Below are positions 9,416-19,100 of a DNA stretch of 64,000 nucleotides, one piece after another. This DNA is from Vicinamibacterales bacterium (GTDB lineage Bacteria; Acidobacteriota; Vicinamibacteria; Vicinamibacterales; UBA8438): positions 31,273-95,272 of the forward strand of contig DASCQF010000139.1 in the NCBI GenBank assembly GCA_036012905.1. Direction: 5' to 3'. The notes beneath the pieces were generated by a model, which was not told the DNA's origin, did not search any database, and worked only from the letters and a program-made list of their open reading frames with translations. The position numbers and the translations under genes are program-made. The stretch's first letter is position 1; the number at the start of each line of letters is the position of its first letter.

Positions 9416-10690
9416 CTAGTCGTTGTCGGTCGCCGACTTCCTCGCCTCGAGCTCAGCCGCGTACTCCTCCTCGCTGAGGTCGTACCAGCTGATCCACGCG
9501 AACGCCATCTCGTCGACGCCCCGACTCCCGCCACCGGTCCAGTTCTTCGCATCGGGGTTGCCGCGATTCCCCTCGGTGTTGTCGTGATAGCTCAGCACGT
9601 GCAGGGTCGTCCCGGCCGGATACACCGGCTGCTTGTCATCTTCGTAGTTGTAGACGATGTGCCAGCTGAAATCGAAGTTCGCGCAGCTGACCATCTCGGT
9701 CGCGCCCGTCGGGTAAATCAGCTCGAGACACTGGCGTGTCCCCAGAAAGTGCATGTGCGGCTGGAACCCGGTGAGCCTACCGGGCAGATACATCTTCGCG
9801 TAGCCGTCGTGGCGCGTCACCTGCCCAGCCGGGATATCGAGCTCGCCGGCCTGGCCGAGCTGCCGCGAATAGAGAATGTGGTCCGGCTCGAATCCCACTG
9901 GATTGAGCACCATGCCGAGCTCGGTCTGTTCGGTCACTTCCTCACCGATCGAGTGGTAGTGGAAACTGAACCGCACGCGCGAGTCCGCCTCGAACAGCCG
10001 CGCGGTCCCTTCCGGATACACGTCTGCGTTCTTGCCGACCGCGTATTCGTTCAGGAAGGCGTCCCCGGAGCTGTCGCTCAATGGCGCCTCGGGGTCGGTC
10101 ACGGCATAGGTCAGCGCGTGGTGCACCACCCGCAGATCGCCCGCCTTGGTCTGGATGGCCTGGATGTAGCGGTCTTCTGTAATTCCCGACGGCACGACGT
10201 AGTCGCCCCACCAGTCACCTGCCTCGGCCGGTACGGTGTGCAGTGGCGAGGTCACGATGACATCCGGCTCGATCGTCCAGGCGCCGAACTCCTGCAGCTC
10301 GGCCGGTGGCGGTGCATCTTCGGGATTGCCCCGCGGTGCGCCGTTGTCGACCCACTTCGCGATTGTGGCGATCTCATCCTCATTCAACGACCGGTCATTC
10401 TTGAACCCCTGCACGCCGACCTTCGGATCGATGTGCCACGGCGGCATCTCGCGCACCTCGACCTTGTTCTTGATCGACCGTGCCCAGGGGCGGGTCTCCT
10501 GATAGCTCATCAGCGACATCGGCGCCATGTTGTTGGGCCGATGACAGACTTGACAAGAGCGCTGAAAAATAGGCTCAATGTCCTTGTGGAATGTCGGGGC
10601 ATCCGGCACCTCTGCAGCCGCCGCTGCCGGAAGCATCCATGTCGCGGTCACGATCGCCAGAAGCACTGCATGAAGTCTGGCGTTTCTCAT
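9416..10690 (-). CDS. cytochrome c domain fused to a copper type II (PHM/DBH-like) monooxygenase-like domain
   Basis: Track ORF 9416..11047. The ATG at 10690 is preceded by GGAGGTG and gives signal peptide MRNARLHAVLLAIVTATWMLPAAAAA. One CXXCH (CQVCH) in a FHKDIEPIFQRSCQVCH context. Downstream motifs VVHHAL, FHYHS, QPHMHFLG and GGGSRGVDEMAF match the spacing logic of the PHM CuH (HH..H) and CuM (HxH..M) sites. Confidence 0.65.
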   Translation of the reverse strand: MRNARLHAVLLAIVTATWMLPAAAAAEVPDAPTFHKDIEPIFQRSCQVCHRPNNMAPMSLMSYQETRPWARSIKNKVEVREMPPWHIDPKVGVQGFKNDRSLNEDEIATIAKWVDNGAPRGNPEDAPPPAELQEFGAWTIEPDVIVTSPLHTVPAEAGDWWGDYVVPSGITEDRYIQAIQTKAGDLRVVHHALTYAVTDPEAPLSDSSGDAFLNEYAVGKNADVYPEGTARLFEADSRVRFSFHYHSIGEEVTEQTELGMVLNPVGFEPDHILYSRQLGQAGELDIPAGQVTRHDGYAKMYLPGRLTGFQPHMHFLGTRQCLELIYPTGATEMVSCANFDFSWHIVYNYEDDKQPVYPAGTTLHVLSYHDNTEGNRGNPDAKNWTGGGSRGVDEMAFAWISWYDLSEEEYAAELEARKSATDND

Positions 10691-10943
10691 TACGTCACCT
10701 CCAAGGCCAACAAGACTATTACTATCTGTACACACCGACCAGCGGCAATAGTTTAACCTCAATGTGTCGGTTTGTCCATGAGCGACATCATATCGCAGAA
10801 CGACGCCGGTATCTCGACGGCGCTCGCTGTTCGCGTGCTCGTTGCTTCGTCGAGCGTCGCCCCGATGTGTGTGGTACGATGTGAAACAGGCGCGACGATG
10901 CGCCGCCGACGTTCCAGTCTCTTCGCCGCGTCCACCCAACCAC

Positions 10944-12101
10944 ATGATCGTCGGAGTTCCCACAGAGACATTTCCGGGCGAGCGTCGCGTCGCGACCATC
11001 CCGGCCGTCGTTCCGGCGCTGACCAAGGCCGGGCTCGATGTGCTCATCGAGCCCGGCGCGGGAGAATCGGCCGGATTCCTAGACGCCGCCTACACTGACA
11101 AGGGAGCTCGGATCGCCGCCGGTCGCGCGCGGCTGTTCGCCGACGCCGACGTCATCCTGCAGGTGCGGTCGCTTGGCGCCAATCCAGTCAACGGGCGCGA
11201 CGACCTCGAACTGCTGAGACCGGATCAAACCGTCATCGGCTTCTCCGAGCCGCTCGGTGAGCCCCAGGCGGCGCGCGACCTCGCTGCTCGGGGTGCGACC
11301 GCATTTTCGATGGAGCTCATTCCGCGAATCACCCGAGCACAGAGCATGGATGCGATGTCGTCGATGGCGACCATCGCCGGCTACAAGGCGGTGCTGCTGG
11401 CGGCCGACACGCTGCCCCGCATGTTTCCGATGATGATGACGGCCGCAGGTACCATCACGCCGGCCCGCGTATTCGTCGTGGGCGCCGGCGTCGCCGGTCT
11501 TCAGGCGATCGCCAGCGCGCGCCGGCTTGGCGCCAAGGTCGAGGCCTACGACGTCAGACCCGCGGTCAAGGAGCAGGTCGAGAGCCTCGGCGCCGCTTTC
11601 GTCGACCTGCCGCTCGACACGGACGACTCGGAGGACAAGGGCGGCTACGCGAAGGCGCAGGACGAGGCGTTCTACGCCCGTCAACGCGAGATGATGGCCC
11701 GGGTGGTGGCTGCCAGCGATGTCGTCATCACGACCGCGTTGATCCCAGGTCGGCCGGCCCCGATACTCGTGACCGACGAGATGGTGGCCGGCATGACGCC
11801 GGGCTCCGTTCTGGTCGATCTGGCCGCCGAGCGAGGTGGCAACGTGGAGCCGTCACGACCCGACGAGACGGTCGTCGCGCACGGGGTGACGGTCCTGGGC
11901 CCGACGAACCTACCGGCCACGGTGCCGTTCCACGCGAGCCAGATGTTCGCCAAGAACGTGTCGACCCTGCTTCTGCACCTTGTCGACGATGGGGCACTTC
12001 GGATCGATCTCGAGGACGAGATCACCCAGGGTACGCTGGTCTCGAAGGACGGAGACGTAGTACACCCCCGCGTGCGCGAGTTGCTCGACCCACCGGCTTG
12101 A
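10944..12101 (+). CDS. pntAA: NAD(P) transhydrogenase subunit alpha, part 1
   Basis: The ATG at 10944 gives MIVGVPTETFPGERRVA... The alanine-dehydrogenase/PNT fold signature VFVVGAGVAGLQAIASARRLGA is present, followed by pntAB and pntB. Confidence 0.9.
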   Translation: MIVGVPTETFPGERRVATIPAVVPALTKAGLDVLIEPGAGESAGFLDAAYTDKGARIAAGRARLFADADVILQVRSLGANPVNGRDDLELLRPDQTVIGFSEPLGEPQAARDLAARGATAFSMELIPRITRAQSMDAMSSMATIAGYKAVLLAADTLPRMFPMMMTAAGTITPARVFVVGAGVAGLQAIASARRLGAKVEAYDVRPAVKEQVESLGAAFVDLPLDTDDSEDKGGYAKAQDEAFYARQREMMARVVAASDVVITTALIPGRPAPILVTDEMVAGMTPGSVLVDLAAERGGNVEPSRPDETVVAHGVTVLGPTNLPATVPFHASQMFAKNVSTLLLHLVDDGALRIDLEDEITQGTLVSKDGDVVHPRVRELLDPPA

Positions 12102-12110
12102 GGACACCGA

Positions 12111-12389
12111 ATGGACACGTTCCTGCCGCTGCTGACGATCTTCCTGCTCGCGGTCTTTGTCGGGTGGGAAATCATCACGAAGGTGCCGCCCCTGCTCCAC
12201 ACGCCGTTGATGTCCGGCAGCAACGCCATCTCGGGCATCACGATCATCGGGGCGATTCTCTCGGTCGCCGTCGAGGGCCGCCTGGCCACGGTGCTCGGGT
12301 TCCTGGCGCTGGTGCTGGCTACGATCAACGTGGTCGGCGGCTTCCTGGTCACCCATCGCATGTTGGGCATGTTCAAGAAGAAGGGCTAG
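12111..12389 (+). CDS. pntAB: NAD(P) transhydrogenase subunit alpha, part 2 (membrane)
   Basis: 92 aa with three hydrophobic helices. Conserved TPLMSGSNAISGI motif. Sits between pntAA and pntB. Confidence 0.9.
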   Translation: MDTFLPLLTIFLLAVFVGWEIITKVPPLLHTPLMSGSNAISGITIIGAILSVAVEGRLATVLGFLALVLATINVVGGFLVTHRMLGMFKKKG

Positions 12390-12451
12390 GGCGTGTGCAC
12401 TGAGAAGGCAGGAGGGCTTCGCCGGCTTCGTTTCAAGATCAGGGTCACGTT

Positions 12452-13849
12452 GTGAGTTCTGTCTTCATCGACCTGACGTATCTGCTGGCGTCGGTCCTCT
12501 TCATTCGCGGGATCAAGGGGCTGACGCACCCGCGGACCGCCGTCCGCGGCAACCTGCTGGGCGCGGCCGGGATGTTGCTGGCGGTCGTGGCAACGCTCGC
12601 TGACCGCCAGGTGCTCGGGGCCGGGGCACAGGGCCTGGGACTGATGCTCGCCGGGGTCCTGATCGGGTCCGCCATCGGCGCCACCCTCGCCCTCAAGATC
12701 CAGCTGACAGCAATTCCCCAGATGGTGGCGTTGCTCAACGCGTTCGGGGGCGGCGCCTCGGCGCTCATCGCAGGCGCAGTGCTGGCCGAGACGCGCGACC
12801 CGACCATGCAGACCGCGGTGGCAACGGTTGCCTCTGGTATCATCGGGTCGGTCACCTTCTGGGGCAGTCTGGTCGCCTTCGACAAGCTGCAAGGGCTGCT
12901 GCTCCCGGACCACCCGGTACACTTCCCGGCGCAACAGGTGGTCAACGCCCTGCTCGGCCTCACGGCGCTGGGGCTGGGAGTCTGGGTCGTGAGTGATCCA
13001 GGCAATCTCACCGCGTTCGGTCTCCTTGTGGCAGTCGGCTCGTTGCTGGGGTTCCTGCTGACGATCCCGATCGGCGGCGCCGACATGCCTGTCGCGATCG
13101 CGTTGCTCAATTCTTACTCCGGACTTGCGGCGGCCTCGACCGGCTTTGTCCTGAACAACAACATCCTCATCATCACCGGCTCACTGGTCGGCGCCTCGGG
13201 GCTCATCCTCACCCGGATCATGTGCAAGGCGATGAACCGGTCGTTGATGAACGTGCTGATGGGCGCGATCGGGCCGGGCAGCGGCCCAACCGTCGGCGCC
13301 GACGAGGTCTACGCCGGTCGGGTCAAGAGCACCTCTCCCGAAGAGGTGGCGATGCTGTTCGACGGCGCGCGACGGGTCGTCATCGTCCCCGGGTACGGCA
13401 TGGCCGTCGCCCAGGCGCAGCACCAGGTGCGGGACCTGGCCAACCTGCTGGAGTCGCAGGGCACCGAAGTGGAGTTCGCCATCCACCCGGTGGCGGGACG
13501 GATGCCGGGTCACATGAACGTACTGCTGGCCGAGGCGGACGTCGACTACGACAAGCTGCGAGAGATGGACGACATCAACCCCACATTCGAGCAGACCGAT
13601 GTGACGCTCGTCATCGGCGCCAACGACATTGTCAACCCGGTCGCCCGCACCGACCCCTCCAGCCCGATCGCCGGCATGCCGATTCTCGATGTCGACAAAT
13701 CGCGCACCGTCGTCGTCGTCAAGCGCAGCCTGTCGCCCGGATTCGCCGGCATCCCGAACCCGCTGTTTGCCACCGACAACACGCTGATGCTATTCGCCGA
13801 CGGGAAGAAGGCGGTCCTCGACCTCATCACCGCCGTCAAAGAGGGATAG
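12452..13849 (+). CDS. pntB: NAD(P) transhydrogenase subunit beta
   Basis: GTG start. N-terminal multi-TM region plus a C-terminal NADP(H) domain (VVIVPGYGMAVAQAQH, HPVAGRMPGHMNVLLAEA, GANDIVNP). Confidence 0.9.
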   Translation: MSSVFIDLTYLLASVLFIRGIKGLTHPRTAVRGNLLGAAGMLLAVVATLADRQVLGAGAQGLGLMLAGVLIGSAIGATLALKIQLTAIPQMVALLNAFGGGASALIAGAVLAETRDPTMQTAVATVASGIIGSVTFWGSLVAFDKLQGLLLPDHPVHFPAQQVVNALLGLTALGLGVWVVSDPGNLTAFGLLVAVGSLLGFLLTIPIGGADMPVAIALLNSYSGLAAASTGFVLNNNILIITGSLVGASGLILTRIMCKAMNRSLMNVLMGAIGPGSGPTVGADEVYAGRVKSTSPEEVAMLFDGARRVVIVPGYGMAVAQAQHQVRDLANLLESQGTEVEFAIHPVAGRMPGHMNVLLAEADVDYDKLREMDDINPTFEQTDVTLVIGANDIVNPVARTDPSSPIAGMPILDVDKSRTVVVVKRSLSPGFAGIPNPLFATDNTLMLFADGKKAVLDLITAVKEG

Positions 13850-13918
13850 CCACTTCGGCGCGCTATAATCCGAAACTCGCACGCCACCGAGCTCAGCGCT
13901 CGCCCTGCCAGACGAGGA

Positions 13919-16900
13919 GTGTCGTTCATGAGCCTCAGTCTTCCGCACGCCAGGCGGATCGCATGTGTCACCACGACCTGTTGTCTCGCCGGCTGGATTG
14001 CCCTCGACGCAGCCCGTGCTCGGCCACGGACGGCGACCCTGGCCATCACCGGCGCCTCGATCGTCGCTCGCGCAGGCGACGACGCGGCGCCGGGCACGAT
14101 CGTCATCACGGACGGGACCATCACCGCGATTGGCAGCGGTGTGACGGTCCCCCCGGGCGCGGATGTGCTCGACGCCGAAGGCATGATGGCGTATCCAGGT
14201 TTCCTCGATGGCGCCACCTCGATCGGCGCGGGCGGTGACGGGCGAAATCGGACATCCGGGTCGCCCCAGGACCTCGACCAGGATCTGACACGCGACGCGC
14301 TCGCCGCGACGCGCAGCGTGAACCGCAAAGGCATCTTTCCCGACTACGCCGTCGCCCAGAACCTGCGTGTCTCGAAGCGTGACGCCGACACCTGGCGCGC
14401 CGCTGGGTTCGCCGCGGCCCACTCGATGCCGACCAACGCGCTCATTGCCGGCACCAGCGCCGTGGCGCTCCTCCTCGACTCGGCCGATGCGGATGGCACG
14501 CGAGCCATCGTCAGCGCCAACACGATGCTCGCCGCCGGCTGGCGAGCGCCTGGCGATGATTACCCACGCAGCCTGATGGGATCGATCGCGCATTTGCGAC
14601 AAACGTTCCTCGACGCGCAGCACTACGGCTCCGTCTGGGACATCTACCGCGAGACCAACGGCATTTCCCGCCGCCCGGGGTACGACTTCGCGCTCGAAGC
14701 GCTACAGCCGGTACTAGACGGGGAGCTCCCGATCCTTTTTTCGGCCGCCCGTCAGGACGAGATAGACCGTGCCTTGGGCCTGGCCAACGAGTTCGATCTC
14801 CGTCTTGTCGTGGATGGCGGACGGGAGGCGGTGCAGGCGGTCACCCGGCTACAGGCCGCCCGCGTGCCGGTCTTGCTCCGGGTCGACTTCCCTGTCGAGC
14901 CACGGCCCGACACGCCCACCCTCGAGCGGCTCGAGGCCCGCGCGAGGTCTATCGGGCGCCCGCTCACAGACGCCATGGTCCAGTCGGCTGTTAATGCCGA
15001 CCGCGACATCCGTGTCGCCGAGCCAGTCGGGCGCTTCACTGAGCGCCACCGTCTCTGGCAGGAGCAAGTCGATGCGGCTGCAACCCTGGCTGCCTCGCCT
15101 CATCCATTCGCCATTACCACGCGTGGCCAGCGCAATGCCACCCAGTTCTTCGCCAACCTACGGCTGGCGATCGCGGCCGGGCTGTCGCACGATGCGGCCG
15201 TCGATGCTCTGACACTCGGACCAGCGGGCATCCTCGGGGTCGACCGGCAGCTCGGCTCGCTCGAAATCGGCAAGATTGGGAACGTCACGTTGCTCGACGG
15301 CCGTCTGGGAGAAGCGGATGCGCGTGTGCGATGGGTTGTCGTCGATGGCGTGCCCTACGAACAGACGCCTGCGGCGTCGAACCCATCGAACCAGGACGAC
15401 CAATCCGCACCACCGGAGGAGGAGACGGCCGAGCCGGCGCCCTCCAGCGAGAACGGCTGGCCGGTGGAAACCGATGCCAGTCGCGTCCCGGCCACCCGCA
15501 CCGGCGGCGATGTGCTGATACGGAATGCCACCGTCCTCACAATGGCCGATGCGGGTGTGCTCCCCGAGACCGACATCCTGGTGCGTGACACGGAGATCGT
15601 CGAGATCGGTCGCGACCTGGCTGCTCCGAGCGGGATCACCGTCGTCGATGCCGCCGGCGCCTGGGTGATGCCGGGCATCATCGACGACCATTCGCATATG
15701 GCGACCGACGGCGGCATCAACGAAGCATCGTTGTCGATTACCGCCCAGGTCCGCATCGAGGACGTGCTGCGAGGCGACGACCTGACACTGTATCGGGCCG
15801 CCGCCGGCGGGGTGACGACCGCCAACGTGCTCCACGGCAGCGCCAACACCATCGGGGGACAGCGAGCCGTCATCCAGATGAAATACGGCGTCCCGGCCAC
15901 CGAACTGCTGTTCGACGGTTACCCGCGTGGCATCAAGTTCGCTCTCGGCGAAAACGTCACGCGGCGACGGGACCGTTTTCCCAATACGCGCATGGGACAG
16001 GAGGCGGTGATTCGCCGCGCGCTGACCGAGGCACAGATCTACCAGGCGGGATGGGACGCCTACGACACGGAGGTTCAACGGGCCGACCGCCCTCTGGCGC
16101 CGCCCCGGCGGGATCTCCGGCTCGAAACCTTGGCTGGCATCCTGAGCGGCGAGATCCTGGTTCACAGCCATGGATACAACGCCGATGAGCTGTTCATGCT
16201 GCTGCGGACACTCGAGGAGTTCGGTGTGCGGGAGCTCACGCTGGAGCACGCGCTCGAGGCCTACAAGATCGCCCCGGAAATCGTGGCGTTTGGCAACCGT
16301 GGCGCGTTCGTCTCGACCTTCGCCGACAACTGGGCGTACAAGATCGAGGCTTACGACGCGATCCCGTACAACGTGGCGCTGATCACCGAGGCGGGTGGCC
16401 GCGCCATTATCAACTCAGATAGCGGCGAACGGGTCCGGCGGCTCTATGTCGATGCCGCCAAGATGGTGCGCTTCGGCGGGCTGACCTACCGACAGGCGCT
16501 CGAGACGATCACCGTCAACCCGGCGATGGCGTTGCGAATCGACGACCGCGTCGGGTCGATCGAGGTTGGCAAACGGGCGGATCTCGCGTTGTTCAACGGA
16601 CATCCATTGAACATTTACGCACGCGTCTTCATGACGCTGGTTGGCGGCGAGGTCGCCTTCGAGCGGTCCGGTGAGCGCGGCGGCCCCTTTCCGCTCGAGC
16701 CCAAGCGCCCTACGCCGTCCGGACCGGCACCACAGGACGCCAACGACCGGTACGCGATTGCCAACGCCCAGATCCACCCGGTGTCCGGTCCGACCATTCC
16801 CAACGGCACGCTGGTGTTCGAGGACGGCCGTATCACGGCGGTTGGGTCCGACGTCGAGCCACCGCCCGGCGTGACGGTGGTCGACGCACAGGGCATGTCG

Positions 16901-17977
16901 GTCTATCCGGGATTGATCGATGGCGGCTCGACGCTGGGTCTCAACGAGATCGGCGGCGTGGCCGTGACCCAAGACTCGGCCGAGAGCGGTGTCATTCAAC
17001 CGGACCTTCGGGCCGCCGTCGCGGTGAAACCGGACTCCGAGCTCATTCCCGTAGCCCGGTTCACCGGGATCACCTCCGCCGTGTCGGCCCCGACCGGCGG
17101 TCTGGTCCCGGGGCAGGCGACGCTGATTCAGCTCGCCGGCTGGACACCCGACGAACTGGCCTACATCGACCGCCTCGCATTGCAGATCAACATCCCGAGC
17201 GGAGCCGGCGAGCTCGATATCGGAACCTTGCTGGGCCAGAGCCGAGACCCGGACGACGACGCCCCGACCGCCGACCAGCAGCTGGACCGGCTACGTGAGC
17301 TATTCGAGGAGGCCCGCGCTTACGCGGACCAGCAGGACCAGGCGGCGCAGGCCGGCCAGCGTCTCTTGTCGTACGACCCGGCACTGGAGGCGCTTATCCC
17401 GTATGCTCGGCGGGACAAGCCGGTCATCTTGAACGCGAACTCCGCCGCGGCGATTCTCGTGGCGATCGACCTGGCCGCGGAGTTGGACGTGCGGGCGATT
17501 CTACGGGGTGGCCAGGAGGCCTGGCGGGTCGCCGACCAGATCGCCGACGCCGAGTTGCCCGTCTTGCTCAGTCCACTGACGCGGTCGCCCACCGACCCCT
17601 ACGACTCATACGACTCGGTGTATGCGAGCCCGTTGCGGCTACACGAGGCCGGAGTCACGTTCGGCTTTCAGAGCAACAGCGGATCTGGCTCCCGCGAGCT
17701 ACCATACCAGGCCGGCATGGCGGTCGCCTTCGGACTTCCGCCCGACGTCGCCCTGCGGTCGGTCACACTCAGCACTGCCGAAATCCTTGCAGTTGACGAC
17801 CAGGTGGGCTCGCTCGAGGTGGGCAAACGCGCCGACATCATCGTCACCGACGGCGACCCGCTCCAGGCCGTATCGAACGTCCGGTATATGTTCATCAACG
17901 GCAAGCCGGTTGACCTGAACGACAACCGGCACACGCGGCTGTATCGACAGTACCAGCAGCGCCTGAGCCAACCGTGA
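13919..17977 (+). CDS. tri-modular amidohydrolase-family protein (1352 aa), secreted
   Basis: Three successive modules, each opening with the amidohydrolase beta-sandwich pattern (I.NA.I..G....G.I.I.DG.I.A.G......G..V.DA.G....PG.ID.). Only the middle module has the HxH metal motif (PGIIDDHSHM). The first has FLDGATS and the third LIDGGST at that position. Confidence 0.8.
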   Translation: MSFMSLSLPHARRIACVTTTCCLAGWIALDAARARPRTATLAITGASIVARAGDDAAPGTIVITDGTITAIGSGVTVPPGADVLDAEGMMAYPGFLDGATSIGAGGDGRNRTSGSPQDLDQDLTRDALAATRSVNRKGIFPDYAVAQNLRVSKRDADTWRAAGFAAAHSMPTNALIAGTSAVALLLDSADADGTRAIVSANTMLAAGWRAPGDDYPRSLMGSIAHLRQTFLDAQHYGSVWDIYRETNGISRRPGYDFALEALQPVLDGELPILFSAARQDEIDRALGLANEFDLRLVVDGGREAVQAVTRLQAARVPVLLRVDFPVEPRPDTPTLERLEARARSIGRPLTDAMVQSAVNADRDIRVAEPVGRFTERHRLWQEQVDAAATLAASPHPFAITTRGQRNATQFFANLRLAIAAGLSHDAAVDALTLGPAGILGVDRQLGSLEIGKIGNVTLLDGRLGEADARVRWVVVDGVPYEQTPAASNPSNQDDQSAPPEEETAEPAPSSENGWPVETDASRVPATRTGGDVLIRNATVLTMADAGVLPETDILVRDTEIVEIGRDLAAPSGITVVDAAGAWVMPGIIDDHSHMATDGGINEASLSITAQVRIEDVLRGDDLTLYRAAAGGVTTANVLHGSANTIGGQRAVIQMKYGVPATELLFDGYPRGIKFALGENVTRRRDRFPNTRMGQEAVIRRALTEAQIYQAGWDAYDTEVQRADRPLAPPRRDLRLETLAGILSGEILVHSHGYNADELFMLLRTLEEFGVRELTLEHALEAYKIAPEIVAFGNRGAFVSTFADNWAYKIEAYDAIPYNVALITEAGGRAIINSDSGERVRRLYVDAAKMVRFGGLTYRQALETITVNPAMALRIDDRVGSIEVGKRADLALFNGHPLNIYARVFMTLVGGEVAFERSGERGGPFPLEPKRPTPSGPAPQDANDRYAIANAQIHPVSGPTIPNGTLVFEDGRITAVGSDVEPPPGVTVVDAQGMSVYPGLIDGGSTLGLNEIGGVAVTQDSAESGVIQPDLRAAVAVKPDSELIPVARFTGITSAVSAPTGGLVPGQATLIQLAGWTPDELAYIDRLALQINIPSGAGELDIGTLLGQSRDPDDDAPTADQQLDRLRELFEEARAYADQQDQAAQAGQRLLSYDPALEALIPYARRDKPVILNANSAAAILVAIDLAAELDVRAILRGGQEAWRVADQIADAELPVLLSPLTRSPTDPYDSYDSVYASPLRLHEAGVTFGFQSNSGSGSRELPYQAGMAVAFGLPPDVALRSVTLSTAEILAVDDQVGSLEVGKRADIIVTDGDPLQAVSNVRYMFINGKPVDLNDNRHTRLYRQYQQRLSQP

Positions 17978-18023
17978 GCCTCTTCGACTACACCCAGGAC
18001 AGGCCGGGACCCGAGGGCCTGAA

Positions 18024-18827
18024 TTGACGGACGACGTCGTGAGACTGGCCGGAGTACGGCTGGTCAGAAACGACGCGACGATTCTCGACGGCATCAACTG
18101 GCGGGTGCGGCCCGGCGAGCGCTGGGTCGTGCTTGGCCCGAACGGCTCCGGCAAGACCTCCCTCTGTCAGATCGTCTCACTCTATGTGCACCCGTCGGCC
18201 GGGTCGGTCTCGGTGCTCGGCGGTGAGCTCGGTCACGTCGAGGTCCGGGCGCTGCGACTGCGGATCGGGGTCACCAGCGCCGCGCTTGCCGCGATGATGC
18301 AACCGAGGCTGACGGCGGAACAGATCGTCGTGGCCGGCAAACATGCCGCGCTCGCCCACTGGTGGAACGCCTACGACGAGGCCGACTGGCACCAAGCCCG
18401 CAGGAGCCTCGAGCGGGTTGGTTGTCTCGACCACGCGGGCCAGCGCTTCGACACTCTCTCGTCCGGGGAACGACAACGGGTCTTGCTGGCTCGGGCGTTG
18501 ATGACCGACCCAGAACTGCTCGTGCTGGACGAACCGACCGCCGGACTCGACTTGCCGGGTCGCGAGCAACTCGTGCAGACATTGTCCGGATTAGCGCAGG
18601 ATCAAGCCGCGCCCGCCTTGATTGTCGTCACCCACCACGTCGACGAAATCCCGCCCGGGTTCACCCACGCAATGCTGCTCTCTTCAGGACAGGTCACGGC
18701 GGCAGGATCGATCGAGCGCGTGTTGACGGAGGATCGGCTGTCCCGATGCTTTGGCCTCGACCTAGCGGTCGAACGCCGTCACGGTCGCTGGCGTGCCTGG
18801 TCGACGAGTCTCGCCGAGCCCTTGTGA
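18024..18827 (+). CDS. stand-alone ABC-type ATPase (ModF/YlmA-like)
   Basis: TTG start. Walker A GPNGSGKT, signature LSSGERQRV, Walker B LLVLDEPTAGLD. No permease gene is adjacent. Confidence 0.8.
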   Translation: MTDDVVRLAGVRLVRNDATILDGINWRVRPGERWVVLGPNGSGKTSLCQIVSLYVHPSAGSVSVLGGELGHVEVRALRLRIGVTSAALAAMMQPRLTAEQIVVAGKHAALAHWWNAYDEADWHQARRSLERVGCLDHAGQRFDTLSSGERQRVLLARALMTDPELLVLDEPTAGLDLPGREQLVQTLSGLAQDQAAPALIVVTHHVDEIPPGFTHAMLLSSGQVTAAGSIERVLTEDRLSRCFGLDLAVERRHGRWRAWSTSLAEPL

Positions 18828-19100
18828 GGACAAACTAATCAGCCCGCTGCAACGGTCCCGGCCGCACCCGACCGGCGAATTACCGCGCTGGCTTTTCCTT
18901 GAGCCTTCGAAAGACGCAAGATTCACTAGGCTCACCGGGGTATCAGGGTGTGCCGGGAGACTGGTAGAATCCCGCGAGGGAGATTCAGATTGCTGAGTCG
19001 GTTGACTGCCCAGTGAGAGTCATTTGGCCTAGTCTTGGCTAAAGGGCCACCAGTGTTGCGACGAGCCCATGCCTGAGCGTGGAGGTGCGCCTGCACATAA

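Noticed and set aside
18828-19100. A 274-bp lower-GC leader before the GT2 gene, examined for riboswitch-like conserved cores (c-di-GMP, guanidine, fluoride, SAM, preQ1).
   Set aside because: I could find no convincing match to any consensus I know. It is treated as an island boundary or promoter region only.
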